From positions 19,468,001-19,532,000 of the forward strand of contig OX597823.1 in assembly GCA_951406725.2 (NCBI GenBank): 64,000 nucleotides of DNA, in the 5' to 3' direction. The DNA is from Octopus vulgaris (lineage: Eukaryota). Position 1 is the stretch's first letter, and each line of letters opens with the position of its first letter. Under the pieces are notes generated by a model, which saw only the letters and a program-made list of their open reading frames with translations, was not told the origin of the DNA and made no database searches. Of this stretch, positions 38,476 to 51,672 are shown in pieces. A program made the translations under genes and the position numbers.

Positions 38476-40988
38476 TTAATTGGTTAGCCAAATGATGAAT
38501 AATAAGAACAGAAGTGAAATACAACCAATGCATGTGTATTTATTACTTACATAGTGACCCTTCTAAGACACAACAAAACATGTTGGTATCATTTCCAAAG
38601 AAAATATTCTCCAATATAATCTTCCATTACTGCACTTCTATCATTTTCCAACATGCTGTTGGAACAGTTTTGATATTTTCCAAAGTTGGACAGTAGAAAG
38701 AGGGCAGGACAGACACAGAGAGAGACAAACAAAATATCTTGCAGTGTTTGACTTCATCTTCCACCATTCTACCATTCCATAAAATAATTACCAGCATATT
38801 CCTGGTAGGATCCACTCAATGATATCCTCTCTTTGAGCATTTGTGATCTCGTTCTAAGGTAAGAAAACATTATATTGCCATCATAATCATACCATTAGCA
38901 GATATGGACCTTAGTAGAATACCAAACTTTATGTTTTTTTTTCTTTTATTTGTTTCAGTCATTTGACTGCGGCCATGCTGGAGCACTGCCTTAACTTGTA
39001 AACAAACAAACTACACCATAGTCAATTTTTTTGTCTTGAAACTTACCTTTCATCATGACACACAGACACTTTATATATTTTTACCTGTTGCTTTTTTTTT
39101 TTTTTGCCATCACTATTTTCCTCCATCTCTATTTATTTGTTTCATTTTTGGTTCTTTTATTTAAGAGGAAAATGGTACATTTTTAACCAACAATTGACCC
39201 TGACCCTTGATTAAAATAACTTGCATCTTCCCTATCTTTTGTGTTTTTTCATTTCATTTTGATAATAAAAACAGTTTAAAAAGCAAAAAGGCAAAAGAGA
39301 AAATAAACAGTTTTATTAATAATCTGAAATATAGATTTGTATGTTTGGTATTGTAGTGAATATTATTATTGTTATTATTAATAGTGAGGGTGCCATTGGT
39401 GATTACAGTAAAGATGGCGGCGTGAAGATATTAGTAACAGTATGAAGTGATGTAAAGCAAAAAAAAATTGAATTCAAACCATTTGATTTGATTTTGCTAA
39501 AAAAGTTACCACTAAAATCATTGTTTTGACTATTAGTAACAATAATAATAATAATAATAATAATAATAATTCTGAAAGAAAAAGAGAGATGGAAAAAAAA
39601 AAAAAAAAAAACAATGATGAAAATATGAGGCTTGAAACTGAATCCTTCCCCTCCAAATGTGGAATGTACAATCATAGAGCAAAGTGTGACCAAATAGTTT
39701 CTACTATACAACCACCAAAGAATTCAATAACTGTTTGAAGAGGATACCATACCTAAATAGAAATTGAACAACCACAACAGAATTTGAAGTCCTGCTAGAA
39801 AGAAATTGATTACATCCTCAGAAAACACCTTTAAATTTGACCACTGACCAATTAATGCCTAGTTTAAACCAAAAATATTTAAGATTTGCCATCCAGAAAA
39901 TGTAGAAATGAACTACAAGAAAATCCCTGATTACAACAAAACAAAACAAAACAAAAAAAAGCAGGACCGAATGTTTAAGATGTCCGAAATCAAGATACAA
40001 AGATGACCCAACAACAATAGAAAAGTTAAAACAAGAGAAACAAGCTAAAGCACACACTATCAGAAGATGTGAAAAATAACCTGCTTTTTGAATGACTAAA
40101 ACTGGGTGAAGTACTGTGGTACCAACTCGGCCATACTAACAATAGTAAGGACTACTAGAAAGATGATGATGATGATGATGATGATAAAGAGGATAACATT
40201 GGTGATACTAAATACTCAACAATGCACAATATAATTGCAATATGATCACTGAAAGAAAGCACCAAATCATTGGTTTATTATTATCATTATTATTATCATA
40301 CAACATATATCAACAATAAAAATGTATTTGTATTTTGGAAATGATCAGAAGATAGAGAAGAAAAGGGCAGGTCTAGGGAAATGTGGAAGGGAGACGGGGC
40401 TAGGATGGCAGGTCTTGGGAAAGAGGGCAATCAATTAAAACAATAAAAAATAGATAAATATATATAAAAAGTACATAAAATTTTGCTTCTGGTTTGATAT
40501 CTTTTTTTTAGTTGTTGTAAACATGTACTTGCTGTTTAATATGATGACGATGGTGATGATAATGGCGTGGTGATGGTGATAGTGATTATGGTGGTGATGA
40601 TGATGATGACGATGATGGTGCAATGGTGATGATGGCGGCAGTGACGGTGGTGACAAATCAATAAAAATGGTCTGTGTTTGGCAATGGTTAGAATTGATGG
40701 TTCTGTTTATTGAAAAAATTTCGAATTTCAAATACACCATTTACTACAGAGTAGAGTAAGGTGATGATATATACATACATACACATACATGTGTGTGTAT
40801 GTATATATGTATGTATGTATATATCTAAGGGTGAGAAAAAAAAGAAAAAACATCAATAGTACATATGCATATAAACAACAATAAAAATAAAACCTTCCCA
40901 CAAAACAGATGCCCCAACATTTTCTAAACTATTTTAAAAACAAACAAGTATAATACACACACACACACACATATTTTTACAATGTATA

Positions 40989-41031
<43 letters not shown>

Positions 41032-42965
41032 AATAAACTTTAGCAATACTACAACTACAAGTAACAAGAACACAAGAATAACATCAACAACTACAACATA
41101 ATAATAATGATGATGATGATGATGATGATGATAATAATAATAATAAAGATAGCAAGATATATAAACCTGCAGAGTAGCTACTTTGTTTACTCTCTACAGT
41201 GAGGCTGAAATTGTACACGTATTAAAAAAAATATAGGTATATCTTACACTGTGAAGCGCATTATGAATTTATACGTATCACACACACGTGTGTATGTTTG
41301 AGTGTGTATGTGTGTGAGAGAGAGAGAGTATTGTATATGTATGTGGTGTGTGTGTGTATATATATTTTATATATGTATACATATATACACACAAGACAAA
41401 TAAAACAGGATTATCAAATCAATTTAAACAAAAAAAAAAAAAATGTTCGAACATGTTACAGTCAGAAAGAAAAAAAAAAAGAAGAATAAAAAAAAAACTA
41501 TAATAACAATAATAAAATAAAACAAAAAAAAAAAAAAAATAAAATGCCTGGCAAAAATATGGGCCAACGAGTATTTTGGGTAAGAAACAGGAAACAGACC
41601 ATCTTATATAAACTAATGCATAAGCAACATGCAGTGATAGCAGATTTAGTATAGTTACCATTGCAGCATCTGAAATCTAGAAGCAGATAGTTTTGCATAA
41701 ACACATTTTTGATTTTAAGATTGTTGTTGGTTTTTCTTTAGTTGGGATGTTTGGTATTTGGTGGTGGTGGTGGTTGTGTTGTTGTTGGAGGTAGTAGTAA
41801 TGATGTGTGTGCATGCGTAGACATGCACATGTTTTCATTTATGTGTGGGGTGCATAGATGCTTCACAGATATGCATGTCAGTGCATATGAATTTGATGGT
41901 CTATTTATTATTGTATGTGTGTATTTTAGCAGATGTGGCCAAGTGGTTAAGATGTTCGCTTCATAACCAAGAGGTCCTGGATTCAATCCCACTTTGTGGC
42001 ATCTTGGGCAAGTTCCTTTTCCCTATAGCCTGAAGTCAACCTGTTCCTTGTGAAGGAAGCCAGGTAGACAGAAACTGCAAAGGACATAGGATGGATTGGA
42101 TATACCTGCAATTCAAAGATACTAAACTTATCAAACACTGCTGTCTTGAGCTGGTTTTGTCTGACAATTATGTTAAGGATATAAGTGACTGTGGTATACT
42201 CAGCCACCTACATTACAATTCAATGAGCAGGAAGTGTCATCGATTGAACAACTGGCATACTCATTGTGGATGCCAGTGGAGATTCATTAAAATTAATTAA
42301 AGTGTTTTACCATGCAAGTCGGTGAGAATAAACAAACATGAATAGATGTTTGCATGGGGATTTTTGATATGCATTCACACACATTTGTGTGTGTGTGAGA
42401 GAGGCATATGTATGTGTATTAATGTGCATATGTGCTAATGATGTGTGTGTAAGATGTCAGTGAGAAATGTCAGCTAAGTGATGAAGGGGAAGTTCCAAAC
42501 AACATTACATCACGGTAAACTAGGATACCGTCTTATAAAAATACATTTCATATTCAAATAACATCTCGCACATATATAAACAAGAACAAGGTGTACATGT
42601 TTGAATGTACATGTACACACATTATACTGCAAACATGAAATAAATACACAAGGTAAAAAAATATATTAGTAGTACATCCTATATATACATTCCAGACAGG
42701 TACATATGCATATAGACATAGATATATATATATAAATATGCAGACATACACACACGTACTAGGGTGTATTGAAAACTGTCTACACAGATGATAACTAAGA
42801 CACAGTTTGATCAAAATAGCCTTATATTATATATAATATTATTATTATTATTATTAGGGAATATAATTCCAAACTTACAGGGAAAAATTCAATTTAGAAA
42901 TACTAAATCCAATTTCACAAAATATAGTATATATATATGTATAAATCTTAAAAAATAATTATCTT

Positions 42966-43048
42966 TGACCTGAGGAGTGGCTATATTTAAATTGAATTGA
43001 TTTTAATGTTATCAGTTCTTAAATATAGCCACGAAACATGTGTAGTCA
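42966..43048 (+). ncRNA. Type I hammerhead ribozyme with intact core and very long stem II
   Basis: TGAC (stem I), CTGAGGA (42970-42976), perfect 14-bp stem II GTGGCTATATTTAA/TTAAATATAGCCAC plus a further 8-bp extension, GAAA (43033-43036), short stem III C-ATGT-GT, predicted cleavage GUA^ after 43044, GTCA (stem I). Confidence 0.8.
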
Positions 43049-43275
43049 TTTTACCAAATATATATGTTTTATTTATTATTTTGTACAATACTTAATCATT
43101 GGTATATGGTTTTATCTTAGATTTAATTTTTTCTTTAGGATGCAATTTTTTTCTATATGGTATAATTCAATTTTTTCATTGTTGAATTGATAAAAAGGTG
43201 GGTTTTTTTCCTAATGTATATATATATATATATATAAAGTATTTGAGAGTGAGAGAGAGTGCGAGTGTGTGTGTG

Positions 43276-43309
<34 letters not shown>

Positions 43310-43936
43310 AATGAGCATTCAGATTAGAAATTTGATATAATGGATACAGAAACAGGCTATGTTAAATAATAATAAGATAAACAAATAGTGAATAAATCGA
43401 ATATTTACAATTGCAAAGAAACAGAGGGCTTTTGGATTAAAAGCCAAAAATACAATTACAACTGCTGAAATCTTGAAATCCAATATGAATTAATTTTTAC
43501 TGATGAATTTCATTAAGAAAATTTAATTATGAATGAATTTGTATATACATAAATATGGGTCATGTTGAAATAAAATATTTTAACAACAGTATTTCTTCAT
43601 GTAAGGGACTTTGACAAAGATCTCTATGGATGTTATATAAATATCTATATCCACACACACACACACACACACACATACACACAGAGTAGTATCTGGAATA
43701 TTGATATATAAGATACTGCTCAGAGAAGTGCTAAATAACACTAAAAATTGGGACACTCTCCGGTTTGTGATTTAAATATGCGTTTCCAACAGTAGATAGA
43801 ATCAATGCTGACCTACGTCCAAACTATCTTCAGTGGGGGACAAAAATGAATAGGGGTAGGTGACGTAATGGGTTTTTACTTTTACCTTTTTGTATGAAAT
43901 AAAAAAAAATAAAATAAAATAGAAAGATATGACAGA

Positions 43937-44035
43937 TGCGTGGCATCTTGGGCAAGTGTCTTCTGCTATAGCCCCGGGCCGACCAATGCCTTGTGAGTGG
44001 ATTTGGTAGACGGAAACTGAAAGAAGCCTGTCGTA

Positions 44036-44086
<51 letters not shown>

Positions 44087-44288
44087 GTGTGTGTGTCTGT
44101 GTTTGTCCCCCTAGCATTGCTTGACAACCGATGCTGGTGTGTTTATGTCCCCGTCACTTAGCGGTTCAGCAAAAAGAGACTGATAGAATAAGTACTGGGC
44201 TTACAAAGAATAAGTCCCGGGGTCGATTTGCTCGACTAAAGGCGGTGCTCCAGCATGGCCACAGTCAAATGACTGAAACAAGTAAAAG
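43937..44288 (+). mobile_element. SINE family A, 5' truncated
   Basis: Match to family A. Confidence 0.85.
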
Positions 44289-45270
44289 CGTATTGAGATA
44301 TATGGTTAAATAAAAAATCTCTGGGTAAGAGCCAAGTACTTCATTGTGTATAAAATATATTGTCAATGGGAATTAAACACTGTTGCATATTAACATTATC
44401 TACTTTTCTATGCTTGCATGGGTCAGATGGAATATATTGAGGCAGATTTCAAACAGTCAGATGCCCTTCCTGTCATCAACCCTCACCTGGTTTCAAGCAA
44501 GGTAATATTTCACCATGGCTGAACATAAGTACATGAAAAATTAAAAACAAAGGACACTGTCTCTATGACAGTGATGTTTTTTTTTTGCAACCATCATGTC
44601 TTGTGAAGACAAGGACACACACACACACAAAAAATAGGCTACTTTCAGTTTCCATCTCCCAAATCTACTTAAAAAGGCTTTGGTTGATCTGAATTACAAT
44701 AAAAAAAAAAAACACTCAACCAATTACCACACAGTACGAATGAACCTGAAACTATATATACTGGGAAGCAAGCTTCTTAAATCACCCGGCCAAGCCTGTC
44801 CCACATGTTAATTTAATATGTGCAAACACAGCCGTAAAAGGTTTATTGCTGGAAACACGTGTCTGCCCATGTAATTTGACAGGAAGTGGTCATACTCTTA
44901 TCGTGTTAATACATGTAAGAACATCTCAATTTTTAGTGGTTTTTGGATTTCTGTTGGTGATATTTTATAAAATCAATATTCCAGATAAATTCATATTTTT
45001 CACACTTGTGATGGGGACCTTGTAGAATAAGTACCAAATGAGAATAAGGAATGGGCTCAATAGGACTGAAGGGAAACCAAAGACAGCATCCAGTAACTGA
45101 ATCCAGTGAAAAACTGGTATATAAATATACATACACACACACACATACATACATTTACATACACACACACATATATACATATACACACACAATTATATAC
45201 ACATGCACACACATATATACATACCTATATATACACATATATACATAACTGTATATACATACACACACGC

Positions 45271-45307
<37 letters not shown>

Positions 45308-45753
45308 TACGTATATATACATACACTCATACATGCATAAAAATAATGATGCAGATAAACACACTTGGGTTTAATATATAAAATGTATATTCATACATAC
45401 TTATACACATGTAAATATATATGGGGGGTATATATAGTGAAAAAATAACTGAAGATATTCAGAGGATGAACACTCATGTATAAGCAGAGATGTTTATATA
45501 TTTACAAAGCAAATTTACATGGTGCACAAAAATTACAGAAAACAGTAAAGTTTATACACTTCCTCTACTGGTTGCACATCCTTGACTTTTTGCATGCTCC
45601 ATCTGTCAATTCTGGACATTACAACTATTACATAATCCCCAGCCCCCGCGAAACAGCTGTCGGACTTGAAATACCATACCCTTCTCCCTTAGTTTTCTGT
45701 ATTTTATGTATGCCATGTAAATTTGCATGCATATATATATGTATGTATATAAA

Positions 45754-45790
<37 letters not shown>

Positions 45791-45791
<1 letters not shown>

Positions 45792-46308
45792 TAACATAAG
45801 GGACTAAAGCCATCTGAATATGGCTAGGGACAGGGCAGGGTGGTGGGGGTGTTACTGTTGCATTTAGCCCCAGGCGAACATCGACGTCGCTAGATAGGCC
45901 CGACACCGTCACGGTGTCCTTTAACCTGCAAAGGGAGATAATTCCCCGATGAAGCGGAAACCACACACGGACCATGGTTTCAAGGTGTATTGCCTATCGT
46001 CAACGTGTGGTAGGCTTCCGCTTCCTCGACGAATTCTCACTCTGCAGGATATTCATATATAGATTTTCAAGCAAAATACATTTGCTGATTTCGAAAATCT
46101 GTTCGACAGCAATAATTCTCTAAAAGAGATATAGACAGTAACTGCTCGATAACATAAGGGACTAAAGCCATCTGAATATGGCTAGGGACAGGGCAGGGTG
46201 GTGGGGGTGTTACTGTTGCATTTAGCCCCAGGCGAACATCGACGTCGCTAGATAGGCCCGACACCGTCACGGTGTCCTTTAACCTGCAAAGGGAGATAAT
46301 TCCCCGAT
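45791..46308 (-). mobile_element. Candidate retrozyme insertion: 1.45 tandem copies of a 358-nt structured unit carrying a type I hammerhead
   Basis: Identical 160-bp direct repeats at 45791-45950 and 46149-46308 (period 358). CpG-rich relative to the flanks, many hairpins, hammerhead motif on the minus strand, next to a (TA)n tract. Confidence 0.7.
45960..46011 (-). ncRNA. Type I hammerhead ribozyme (C3U core variant)
   Basis: Minus strand: stem I CACACG, core UUGACGA, U-AGG-CAAUACA-CCU-U (stem II), GAAA, palindromic stem III ACCAUGGU, predicted cleavage GUC^ between 45970 and 45969, then CGUGUG closing stem I. Stem I extends through GAAGCGGAA/UUCCGCUUC. Confidence 0.7.
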
Positions 46309-46384
46309 ATAATGATAAATCTCAGAGCGAGTTATGGCAAATATGCGTCACTATATATATATATGTATGTATATAAACTAAATA

Positions 46385-46465
46385 TATATATATATATACA
46401 TATAAAAGCATGTATGTATATAATATACATATATATATATATATATAAAAGCATGTATGTATATA

Positions 46466-46509
<44 letters not shown>

Positions 46510-46602
46510 ATAATATACATATATATATATATATATATAAAAGCATGTATGTATATAATATACATATATATATATATATATATAAAAGCATGTATATATA
46601 TA

Positions 46603-46635
<33 letters not shown>

Positions 46636-46835
46636 AGCATGTATGTATATAATATACATATATATATATATATATAAAAGCATGTATGTATATAATATAC
46701 ATATATATATATATATATATATAAAAGCATGTATGTATATAATATACATATATATATATATAAAATGTATGTATATAATATACACATATATATATATATA
46801 AGCATGTATGTATATAATATACATATATATATATA
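46385..46835. repeat. Higher-order repeat: (AAAGCATGTATGTATATAATATACA(TA)n) x about 10
   Basis: Fixed motif separated by variable (TA)n tracts. Confidence 0.85.
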
Positions 46836-46879
46836 TAGATATATATATATATATACATGTATGTATATATACAAATAAA

Positions 46880-46911
<32 letters not shown>

Positions 46912-47191
46912 CACTTACATATACATACATATATATTATATAGATATATATGTATGTACCAATATATTACGCACACACATATTCAATATAAGGTTGAGGG
47001 AAAAAATGATTTTGCTGCTGAAAAATGAAAATATAATTACCAAAACACTCACGCACACACAAAAGAAGCGAAATGTACACTGTACATTTTGTATGTTTGT
47101 ATAGATCATTTTTCAACAGACAAAAAAATTATATAAAATTACACACATACACACACAAATAAGTGAAGACACATTACCAAGAGTCAAATAT

Positions 47192-47229
<38 letters not shown>

Positions 47230-47686
47230 GAATAAATAATATGTAAACCAAATATGAATGAAACCTATTGCCTGTGTTTTGTTTTTGGACATACAATCCC
47301 CCACTCAACTCTCCCAACTACATAAATTTTTTTAGAGAAATTTTCTTCCCAGTTCCCCTTATTTTGCACCACTGTTTAATATCCTCTACGCAACCACTGC
47401 CAAAAAGTCTTATAAACCCTTTATTTTACCCTGTTTTTCTACCACAATCACCACCCAATAGCCACTGGCTCTATTTCTCACCCGACTCTTTCTTTGGCCC
47501 TTTAGTATTTAAACCGGCCATATCTGGCCCTATTATTCTACCTGATTTATGTTAAAACTGACCAGATCAAACCTTTCACACCTGCCCTACAATGTCATTC
47601 TAAAAAACATATGAACATGCCATTGAAATTTTGAAGCTACAAAATAATGTGCGATTAATTCAAAACAATGTGAATAAATAAGCAAT

Positions 47687-48025
47687 ATGCTGGCTCAGTG
47701 GTAAGAGTGTTGGGTCCAAAATCATGAGGTACTGAGTTCAATTCCTGGACTGGGGGCTGTGTTGTGTTCTTGAGCAAGACATTTTATTTCATGTTGCTCC
47801 AGTTCACTCAACTGTAGAAATGAGTTGTGACGTCACTGGTGCCAAGCTGTATTGGCCCCTTTGCTTTTCTCTTGGATAGCATTAGTGGCATGGAGAGGGG
47901 AGACTGGTATGCAGGGGTGACTGCTGGTCTTCCATAAAACAACCTTGCCCAGACTTGTGTTTCAGAGGGGAACTTTCTAGGTGCAATCCCAGAGTCATTC
48001 ATGACCGAAGGGGGTCTTTACTCCC
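47687..48025 (+). mobile_element. SINE family B
   Basis: Colinear with 4718-5058. Confidence 0.85.
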
Positions 48026-48077
48026 TTTTTTTTTTTTTTCTACATTTGTCTAAGGAATCTGAATGCTAAAAGCCTAA

Positions 48078-48368
48078 CCCTTTTGATACCAACCTTTCTG
48101 AGACTTCCCTTAGTTCTATGACATGCACTTCTTGTTTTATCTCTCTTCAATTTCAGGAGCAGTGCCTGAATCAAAACCACCCTCTCATTGTTTTTTTTTT
48201 TTTTAATTAATCGTGCATTATCTTTTAGCTTCAAGATTTTGATGATGTGCTTGTTTATATTTGTAATAACATAGTAGGGCAGGTGTAAGAGGCCAGATCT
48301 GGCCAGTTTGAACAAAAAAAACACTTAGAATGTTTAGGCCAAATACAACTGGTTTAAATGCTGAAGGG
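48078..48368. mobile_element. piggyBac-type MITE, diverged or chimeric
   Basis: CTAA|CCCTT...AAGGG|TTAA, with internal similarity to both MITE families. Confidence 0.6.
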
Positions 48369-49123
48369 TTAAAGTGACTCAAATCAAAACCTTAAGGGTA
48401 GTTATTTTACTAAATTCTTTATCAATTTTGAAATTAATCGACACAAAGGCAGTGTGTTTCAACAGAAAAATGGTAACAAAAGGTTTAAGGTTTAAGTTCA
48501 CAACCATCGCCATCTCTAACCACTTAAAATCTTCCTTCCACTCTCTCTTCTACCGACTCACACTAAATCACTATGGCTTTGATCAGCCACTTCATTCCAG
48601 ATTCATCTTCCTAACGTAAACACTGTTGATCTGCTTCATATCACCTTTACAAGAACACCTTCTTTCCTCTCTCAACAAACTCTCACTGTACCTCACACAG
48701 GAATAATATTACCACCTCTTTACATCGTTCACTGGTGCCACAACAACACCTTCCCTTGGAACTTACCAGCAGTTTACGGTCAGGCCATAGCTGAAAGTGA
48801 TAGTTTAAAATCCTAGTAAATATGACTAACATTTTATTTACCAACAGTATTTCACACCTTCACACACAAATACATGGAAATATCTACCATTTTTATGAAT
48901 ATAATATATATTTAGTGCTGCTGTGGTTTACTCAACCAAAACCTTGTTCGTATGAAGAAGCAAACCATCACACACACACACACATACACATACACACTTG
49001 AATAAAGCATGGAAGCACTGGTTTATATATATTTTCAATATGAAACTCTGCCAACAAATGCTTATTATATATGTATCCTAATATATATAATATATATATA
49101 TAAATATACATATATACATATGT

Positions 49124-49435
49124 GGAGGCGCAATGGCCCAGTGGTTAGGGCAGCGGACTCGCGGTCGTAGAATCACGGTTTCGATTCCTAGACCGGGCGT
49201 TGTGAGTGTTTATTGAGCGGAAACACCTAAAAGCTCCACGAAGCTCTGGCAGCAGGTGGTGGCAATCCCTGCTGCACTCTTTCGCCACAACTTTCTCTCA
49301 ATCTTTCTTCTGTTGGCCTGCTCGCTTAGACAGCGGGGTGGCGTCATTTGAAGGCTAAAACAATGCAAAGCGCATTGTGACCAGCGATGTGTAGCAACAT
49401 CTGATAGCCTGGTCGGTCACTGTGATCACGGTGAC
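49124..49435 (+). mobile_element. SINE family C with alternative 3' tail
   Basis: First about 185 bp match 31051-31235, then an unrelated tail. Confidence 0.85.
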
Positions 49436-49464
49436 ATATATACATATAAAAAGGGTAAAAGGTA

Positions 49465-49717
49465 TACACCTAGAAAGTTACCCTCCAAGGTACAAGTCCA
49501 GGCAAGGTTGTTTATGGAAGACCAGTGGTCACTCATGCGCTCTCCATGCCACCGATGTTATCCAAGGGAAAGGCAAAGGCTGATACAGTTTGGCACCAGT
49601 GATGTCACAGCTCATTTCTACAGCTGACTGAACTGGAACAACATGAAATAAAGAGTCTTGCTCAAGAACACAACACAGAGCCTGGTACAGGAATTGAACT
49701 CACTACCTCATTATTGC
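49465..49717 (-). mobile_element. SINE family B
   Basis: Reverse-complement match. Confidence 0.75.
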
Positions 49718-50404
49718 ATACATATACACACACACACACACACACACATACATACATATATATATATAAACAAGTCTTTTACATACTAATTAAAGTACTC
49801 AATGCATTAATTTATAGAGTCAAACAGATTAGTTTTTTTTTAATGACTAGCTACAGTTTATAATTGTTTCAATCCATCATGGTGTTTTCAAAGCAAGTAA
49901 TTTAAGCCTGTGTAACAGGCTGAATAAATAGTTTACAGAGAAAGTGAGAAGTGTGGGTATAAAAAGAGAGAAAGAAGAGAATAAAGGAATTAAAAGAAGA
50001 AGAAAAAAAAGAGGAAAGAAAGGAAAAGGAAATAGAAGCTGAAGCAGCTAGAGGATGAGAGACTGGAGTAAGAAGACATGCCGGGAGGTTATAGTCAAAG
50101 TAGATGGTTTTGGATGATGGTGTGGGATACAGGGTAGGGGCAAAAATTGGAATCTTTGAATAATGAGAGATTAAAATGCTTTCTCGAAATGTAAGAAGCA
50201 CCTGGACTGGTGTCACTTAAAAAGCACCCAGTACAGCCTGTAAAGTGGTTGGCATTAGGAAGGGCATCCAACCACGTAGAAACCACGCCAAAACTGACAA
50301 CTGGAGCCTGGTGCAGCTCTCAAGCCATGCCAGTTTCTGTCAAACTGTTCAACCCATGCCAGCATGGAAAAGAAAAATGTTGAAAACTGTCCTTGTCGTT
50401 TTAA

Positions 50405-50717
50405 CCCCTTACCCGGCAGAAACGAATATATGCGTTTTGACCGAAATCGTTTTTTTCTATCTCTGGCGAGTTAACTCGTCAAAAGATAAACTCGCCAAAA
50501 TCGACAGCAAACGAGTTCCTTCGTCTATTATAAACTCTTTTTTGACATATACAAGTATATTCGCTCACTTTATACGTCTGGCAGTGACAATGAGTCCTTT
50601 TGATTTTTTTTTCTTTGTATATAGATGAAAGAGTTATAGAGCATGTATTGACTGAAACTAATAAAAAATATGTCTGAAAAAATACATTTATTTTCAAAAT
50701 AATTGTTGGGTAAGGGG
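50405..50717. mobile_element. piggyBac-type MITE (third family)
   Basis: TTAA|CCCCTTACCCGGCA...TGTTGGGTAAGGGG|TTAA. Confidence 0.8.
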
Positions 50718-51672
50718 TTAATGTCCATTTTCCCATGTTTTCAGGAGTCAAATGGAATTCATTTGAAGCTGATTTTCAATGGACAAATGCCATTCCTGTT
50801 GCTAACCCTCAACTACTATCAAGTGAGGTAATATCTACCCCCTGGCCAGACATGTTTGGATGATTGCAAATGAAGGACACCTCTTGTATGACAGTGACAC
50901 TCCTTTACAACTATTATGCAGTGTCACGACAAGGAGACAAACAACCCACATGTTCACACACACAGAGCAAGCTTCTTTCAGTTTCCATCAACCAAATTCA
51001 CTCACAAGGGTTGGTTAGTTTCGGGTTATAGTAGAAGACACTTGCCAAAAGGTTTGGTTGGAAGCAAACTTTTCAATCGTACAACCATGTCTGTTCATGT
51101 AAACAGAATCCTGACCATAATGCTAAAACGCACGCACGTAAATAAATATATGCCAAGGAAGAATAAAGGATTTATTGTACTCATAAATGTACTCAAATTA
51201 TCAAATATAGGTAAATGAAGGCAATGAAAAGAATATTTCAAAATGTGAAATTTTGAACTTTTAGTAAAATGAATAGAGTAAAACTAGTAAGGGGGGACGA
51301 GGATGGAAGTTACGGATGGAAAAGAACTTCTAGGGTACGAATTTGTTTATGTCACATGTCGAGAGGGAAGAGGAGGAGGAAAGGAGAGGAGAGGGAGGGG
51401 CTTCTCTGAAAGTTCATAGGAAAAGGTGTGTGTTGTGGGGGTGGGAAACAACTGAAATTAATTCAATTGTTTAGAATTAGGGTATTGTGCACCGGGTGGG
51501 TGGGTATATTCAACCGTGTGTCATGTTTTATTTCAGTAAGAAACGGGTTGTGCGTTTGTCTGACCTCCCTCCTGAACTCAGGTTCACTATCCAGAATCTT
51601 CCATGTATTGTTTGTGCCCTGCCATCCAATTCAGTCTCTACACTCACAAAAGAATTTAGGAGAATAGAGTTA

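Noticed and set aside
43495-43550. CTGATGA followed by a weak AT-rich stem
   Set aside because: No GAAA in the right position and no stem I or III. Similar incomplete motifs at about 7430, 8110, 43770-43835(-) and 45450 were also too degenerate to call.
51527-51667. F-box-like peptide LSDLPPELRFTI after a plus-strand acceptor
   Set aside because: Spacing fits the F-box consensus poorly, there is no good donor, and it runs into a SINE. A Pfam F-box hit would be needed.
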